Translations under genes and position numbers: made by a program
The notes under the pieces: model-generated
The model's database searches: none
What the model saw: the letters and a program-made list of their open reading frames with translations, nothing else
Told to the model about the DNA's origin: nothing
Shown here: piece after piece, positions 60,281 through 64,000 of the stretch
Position numbering within the stretch: the first letter of the stretch is position 1
Layout of the letters: the number at the start of each line of letters is the position of its first letter
NCBI GenBank assembly: GCA_900320795.1
Contig: ONTQ01000007.1
Span: 3,310-67,309, forward strand
Direction: 5' to 3'
From: an uncultured Bacteroidales bacterium
Lineage (GTDB): Bacteria > Bacteroidota > Bacteroidia > Bacteroidales > UBA932
DNA: 64,000 nt

Positions 60281-60979
60281 TTATCCTTCCACTCCTTTCC
60301 AACTTTCCGGGACAGGAGCGGTTACATCCACCTCGGTCTTCTTGACGGGGTGGATGAACTGTATATGGCGGGCAAGAAGACTGATTCCGCCATCCGGATT
60401 GGAGCGACGGGCGCCGTATTTGAGGTCTCCTTTGATGGGGCAGCCCATGTGGGCGAGTTGGCAGCGAATCTGATGATGCCGGCCCGTGTACAGTTCTACC
60501 TCCAGCAGGAAATAGCGTTCCGTGGTCTGGATGAGCGTGTATTTGAGACGGGCTTCCTTGCCGCTCTTGGAGACATAGGATTTGTTCTGTGCCTCGTTCC
60601 GGACAAGAAAGTCAGTAAGGATGTCGGTTTCCTTGGGAGGTTTTTCGGCCGTGAGGGCCCAGTAGGTCTTATGGATTTCTCCCTGCCGGAGCATGTTGTT
60701 CAGCCGCTCCAGGGCTTTGGAAGTTTTGGCAAAGAGCGTGACGCCGCTCACCGGCCGGTCCAGCCGGTGCGGAACGCCCATGAAGACCTGTCCGGGCTTT
60801 CCGTCCCGCTGGGCGATGAAAGCCTTCAGTGTCTCGCTAAGGGGTTCATCTCCCGTCTTGTCTCCCTGTACGATTTCTCCCGTTCGTTTGTTGAAGACCA
60901 GCAGGTGATTGTCCTCATAGAGGATTCTTCCTTCAATATCCCGGAATTCTTCCGGATTCATTTCTCTGTAAACTCCCAT
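60281..60979 (-). CDS. RluA family pseudouridine synthase
   Basis: ILYEDNHL, HRLDRPVSG, TGRHHQIR, PIKGDLKYG. Confidence 0.95.
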   Translation of the reverse strand: MGVYREMNPEEFRDIEGRILYEDNHLLVFNKRTGEIVQGDKTGDEPLSETLKAFIAQRDGKPGQVFMGVPHRLDRPVSGVTLFAKTSKALERLNNMLRQGEIHKTYWALTAEKPPKETDILTDFLVRNEAQNKSYVSKSGKEARLKYTLIQTTERYFLLEVELYTGRHHQIRCQLAHMGCPIKGDLKYGARRSNPDGGISLLARHIQFIHPVKKTEVDVTAPVPESWKGVEG

Positions 60980-61046
60980 AATACAAAGATACTCTTTTTT
61001 TGGCTTCGTTTGGGAGGATTCGAAAATAATTATTAGTTTTGCAGAT

Positions 61047-61490
61047 ATGAAACGGATATTAACATATTTGGCCGTCCTGGCCCTCCTCACGTCCTGTGGG
61101 GTTTTCTTTACTTCTGAAAACCGCGGATCCGTTCCTTCGGAGGAAGTGGTTGATATCGGCTATGGAAAAGAGTTGAGGGGAAATCTCTCCTCCGCTGTTT
61201 CCAGTGTAAAGTTGGATTCTGACATGACGCACTATCGGGATATTTACGAGATGATTCAGGGGAAATGTGCCGGCGTTTCTGTCCAGGGGACCAAAGTCAC
61301 CATCCGGGGAGAGAATTCCATCAACTCCAGTACGGAGCCGCTGTTCATCGTAAACGGTGCTCCCCAGACCTCCATCGACTGGATCAATCCCAACGATGTC
61401 AAGAGCATCGATGTCCTGAAAGATGCCGGATCCGCCGCCATCTATGGCTCCCGCGGCGCCAACGGTGTCATCATCATTAATCTGAAATAA
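61047..61490 (+). CDS. Stand-alone TonB-dependent receptor plug-domain lipoprotein
   Basis: Lipobox TSC; IRG..S....PL..V.G; I.VLKDA..AAIYG.RGANGVI.I then stop. Confidence 0.88.
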   Translation: MKRILTYLAVLALLTSCGVFFTSENRGSVPSEEVVDIGYGKELRGNLSSAVSSVKLDSDMTHYRDIYEMIQGKCAGVSVQGTKVTIRGENSINSSTEPLFIVNGAPQTSIDWINPNDVKSIDVLKDAGSAAIYGSRGANGVIIINLK

Positions 61491-61520
61491 AAAAAGACGC
61501 ACGAAGATGCGTCTTTTTTT
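61491..61520. terminator. Bidirectional terminator (original tRNA-Pro terminator on minus strand)
   Basis: AAAAAGACGCA-CGAAGA-TGCGTCTTTTTTT. Confidence 0.85.
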
Positions 61521-61523
61521 ATG

Positions 61524-61562
61524 TCTGGATGACTGGACTTGAACCAGCGACCTCCTGGTCCC
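61524..61562 (-). other. 3' half of a tRNA-Pro gene, an att site
   Basis: Minus strand GGGACCAGGAGGTCGCTGGTTCAAGTCCAGTCATCCAGA runs from the anticodon loop to the discriminator; the 5' half is absent. Confidence 0.88.
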
Positions 61563-61712
61563 TAAAAAGGTCCAAGCCAGCTATCTGATTTTGCTATTCT
61601 GTTAAAAATCATTAACTTTACGCACGCAGAACGCGGTTTTGATTTATACTCAATTTTGAGGGTTTAAAGCAAAAAGTGCGACTAGTTATATGACAATGAA
61701 CTCTTTTATGCC

Positions 61713-63050
61713 ATGGCAAAGATAAGAACAATTTTGAAGAGTAGCAAGGATGCCGATGGAAGACAAGCTGTCCTCCTTATGTTGTCGGACCGGAAGCAGA
61801 GAGAATATTTCTCCACCGGCTTTACCGCGACCGAGAAGGAGTTTGATTCAAGCATGCAGGGCGGCCGCTTCCACCAGGGCCGCGGAGTACGTCCTTTCTA
61901 TGTCAAGCGCAAAGAGGAAGACGGAAGCATCAAGGCATACTCCAACAAGGAGGCGAATGATATCCTTGCGAATCTTGAGAACAAGGCGTCCGCTATCCTC
62001 AAGAAATACAACGAGAAACATATAAACTGGGGATAGGAACAATTCCGGTCCGATTTCGTCAATGCGCCCAGACGGGAACTCTTCCGCAGTTTTGCCGACA
62101 CTATCATTCAACAGGAGTATAGTGATAAGGGAAGGCACAAATCAGCGACAGTTGCATCCGAAGCCATCCGCTCACTAGAACGATATGATATCCAGCTTGA
62201 CACAAAGGCCTTCCAGGACATCAGCGTGAAATACCTGACGGGGTATATCACCTTCTGCAAGAACAATGGGAATTCGGACTCTACCATCAAAATCCGCCTG
62301 GGAGAGATTCGCAGAATCTTCAATATCGCAATCCGGGAAGGTGTTGCATCCCAAGAGTTATATCCGTTCAGCAGCGGTAAGGAGGACGGAAAAATCCGAA
62401 TTCCCAAGACTTCACCAACCAAGACAGACCAGTACCTTCCCCTTGACAGCATGAAGAAACTGGCCAACACACCTATGCAAAACCATGTACTGGAACGCAC
62501 GAGACATCTGTTCCTGTTCTCATACTACTGCAGAGGAATGAACTGGAAGGATATGGCCCTTCTGACCAAATCCAGTTTCTTCCCCCTTGTAGTGATCGAC
62601 GAGAACACCAAGGAAACCCGCGAGGTCACCATGATGGAGTATCGGCGCTCGAAAACTAAAGGAGAATTCCTGATTCAAGTCACCCCGAACATCCAAAAGG
62701 AACTTGACTGGTTCTCAGAGAACACGGCCCTGTTTGAAGACTACGCCCTTCCCATCATAAGTGTAAAAGTCGCGCCTGAGAAGTTGGATATGTATATTGC
62801 AAAAATACGCCAGCGCTTCAACCTTTCCCTTCGAGAAGTCGCCAAGATATTGGAATTCCCTGAAAGCCAGTTGAAAATCTCATCTTATACCGCCCGCCAC
62901 AGCTTTGCCATGACCCTGCAGAATCTTGACAAGCCGGTCGAGGTTATCAGCCAGGCACTTGGACATCAGTCTGTCGAGACCACCAAGCATTACCTGGCCA
63001 AGTTTAGCACTACAAAGATGGCCGAAGAAACGGATATCGACCTCTCGTAA
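61713..63050 (+). pseudogene. Tyrosine integrase interrupted by one in-frame TAG (62034-62036)
   Basis: ORFs 61713-62036 and 62226-63050 share a frame that is open between them; CRGMN, RRSKT, YTARHSFA, LGH, TKHYL catalytic motifs. Confidence 0.88.
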
Positions 63051-63223
63051 ACAGGTGTTTGTCCGACAAACACACATCTTGCAATTTGGACTAAGTCCCC
63101 CAATGAGATCTCTGATTGAGACGGGACTCGTCATAGACGCACTGCAAACAATCGTCAAGGACTTATTGACGATTTCAAATACTATAATTGCATATTTTTT
63201 GCAATGCTAAAAAGAAAAAATGT

Positions 63224-63231
63224 TACATTTG
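63224..63231 (+). promoter_or_regulatory. -7 promoter box of the TA-like operon
   Basis: TACATTTG with TTTG at 63198-63201. Confidence 0.7.
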
Positions 63232-63283
63232 CATAGTTCCCTGCATCTAAAGAGCGGGAACACAAAAAAAGGAGAAACGAATT

Positions 63284-63442
63284 ATGGCAAAACCAATCAA
63301 AGAAACGCCCGTCCTCTATGACGAGGATGCCTACCGCTTCGAAATGGCGGCCCACAACGTCGTTCCCCTTTCCGAGGAGAAGAAAGAGGAGATGTGGGAA
63401 GCTTATGAGAGACTCAAGAAGTGCTGCACCTTCGCCCTATGA
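63284..63442 (+). CDS. 52 aa putative antitoxin
   Basis: MAKPIKETPVLYDEDAYRFEMAAHNVVPLSEEKKEEMWEAYERLKKCCTFAL; ATGA overlap with the GNAT gene. Confidence 0.75.
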   Translation: MAKPIKETPVLYDEDAYRFEMAAHNVVPLSEEKKEEMWEAYERLKKCCTFAL

Positions 63443-63981
63443 GTATCTCTATCAGACCTTTCCAGCCGTCTACTGATACACTGAAGCCGTTCGACTGTGG
63501 CAAAGCAGATTTGAACGGTTTTTTGTGTGAAACCGGTACGGCTACGCCCAATGCTTCCATGTATGAACGTGAGCATCTTGCCAAGACATATATTGTTGAG
63601 GATGCCGATACCCATATTATTCTGGCCTATTTCAGTCTTCTCTATGACAAGATCGAACGATCTATTGCAGATCCGGTGATATGGAACCGCTTATCCAGAA
63701 AGATTCCAAATGCAAAAAGACGTTCGTCCTATCCTGCACTGAAGATTGGCCGTCTTGCTGTCAGCAAGGAAGCCCAGCATACTGGATTAGGGAAAGACAT
63801 CCTGAACCTCATCAAAGGTTGGTTTTATCGTGACCCGAAGGCGGGTTGCAGGTACCTGACCGTTGATGCATACCTGGATGCGGAAGAATTCTACGCCAAG
63901 TGTGATTTCAATCCGCTGGTCATTCCGGAGCCGGAGGATGAAACCGTTCTGATGTTTTTTGATTTGATGGGCATTGCATAA
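63439..63981 (+). CDS. GNAT acetyltransferase, AtaT/TacT toxin-like
   Basis: FDCG..DLN.FL, PALKIGRLAV, Q..GLG, LTVDA, FY.K..F. Confidence 0.88.
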   Translation: MSISIRPFQPSTDTLKPFDCGKADLNGFLCETGTATPNASMYEREHLAKTYIVEDADTHIILAYFSLLYDKIERSIADPVIWNRLSRKIPNAKRRSSYPALKIGRLAVSKEAQHTGLGKDILNLIKGWFYRDPKAGCRYLTVDAYLDAEEFYAKCDFNPLVIPEPEDETVLMFFDLMGIA

Positions 63982-64000
63982 GAAGTTGACGCCTTTCATG

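Larger units (their letters stand above)
61524..64000. mobile_element. Left end of an integrative element or genomic island at tRNA-Pro
   Basis: att fragment, adjacent tyrosine integrase, drop in GC, TA-like cargo; continues beyond the window. Confidence 0.85.

Noticed and set aside
61524-61562. Possible fourth tRNA gene
   Set aside because: The D-arm and 5' acceptor strand are missing, so it is an att fragment
62034-62036. Genome-wide TAG recoding
   Set aside because: TAG ends ordinary genes in this window (e.g. at 15279, 15874, 36116, 55027)

Overview
Chromosomal window from a Bacteroidota (Bacteroidales-type) bacterium, judged from TAnnTTTG promoters, BACON/S46/C69/TonB gene content and GC-rich codons. 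Most of it is housekeeping and metabolism: ruvX, dxr, rseP, rpsT, rbsK plus permease, murI, NamZ-like, prfB, pncA/pncB, UvrD, deoD, metY-metX-AK/HSDH with a divergent Lrp, clpC, gyrA, phoH, leuS and rluA. It also carries three tRNAs (Glu-TTC, Pro-CGG, Asn-GTT). Two AT-richer accessory segments stand out. (1) A ~760 bp miniature element sits in the 3' end of tRNA-Asn. It has a 7 bp direct repeat, has displaced the native terminator, carries one cargo gene, and appears to retain only the tail of a recombinase whose frame would gain a different C-terminus on circularisation. (2) The left end of an island at a tRNA-Pro 3' fragment has a tyrosine integrase broken by one in-frame TAG and a 52 aa ORF + GNAT toxin-antitoxin-like pair. 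Other points of interest are phased Lrp boxes, many near-leaderless genes, an unannotated 41 aa ORF, an M28-TonB pseudo-enzyme, a C69-BNR fusion, a signal-peptide deformylase and a prfB with no frameshift. All family calls come from motif recognition by eye; no searches were run.
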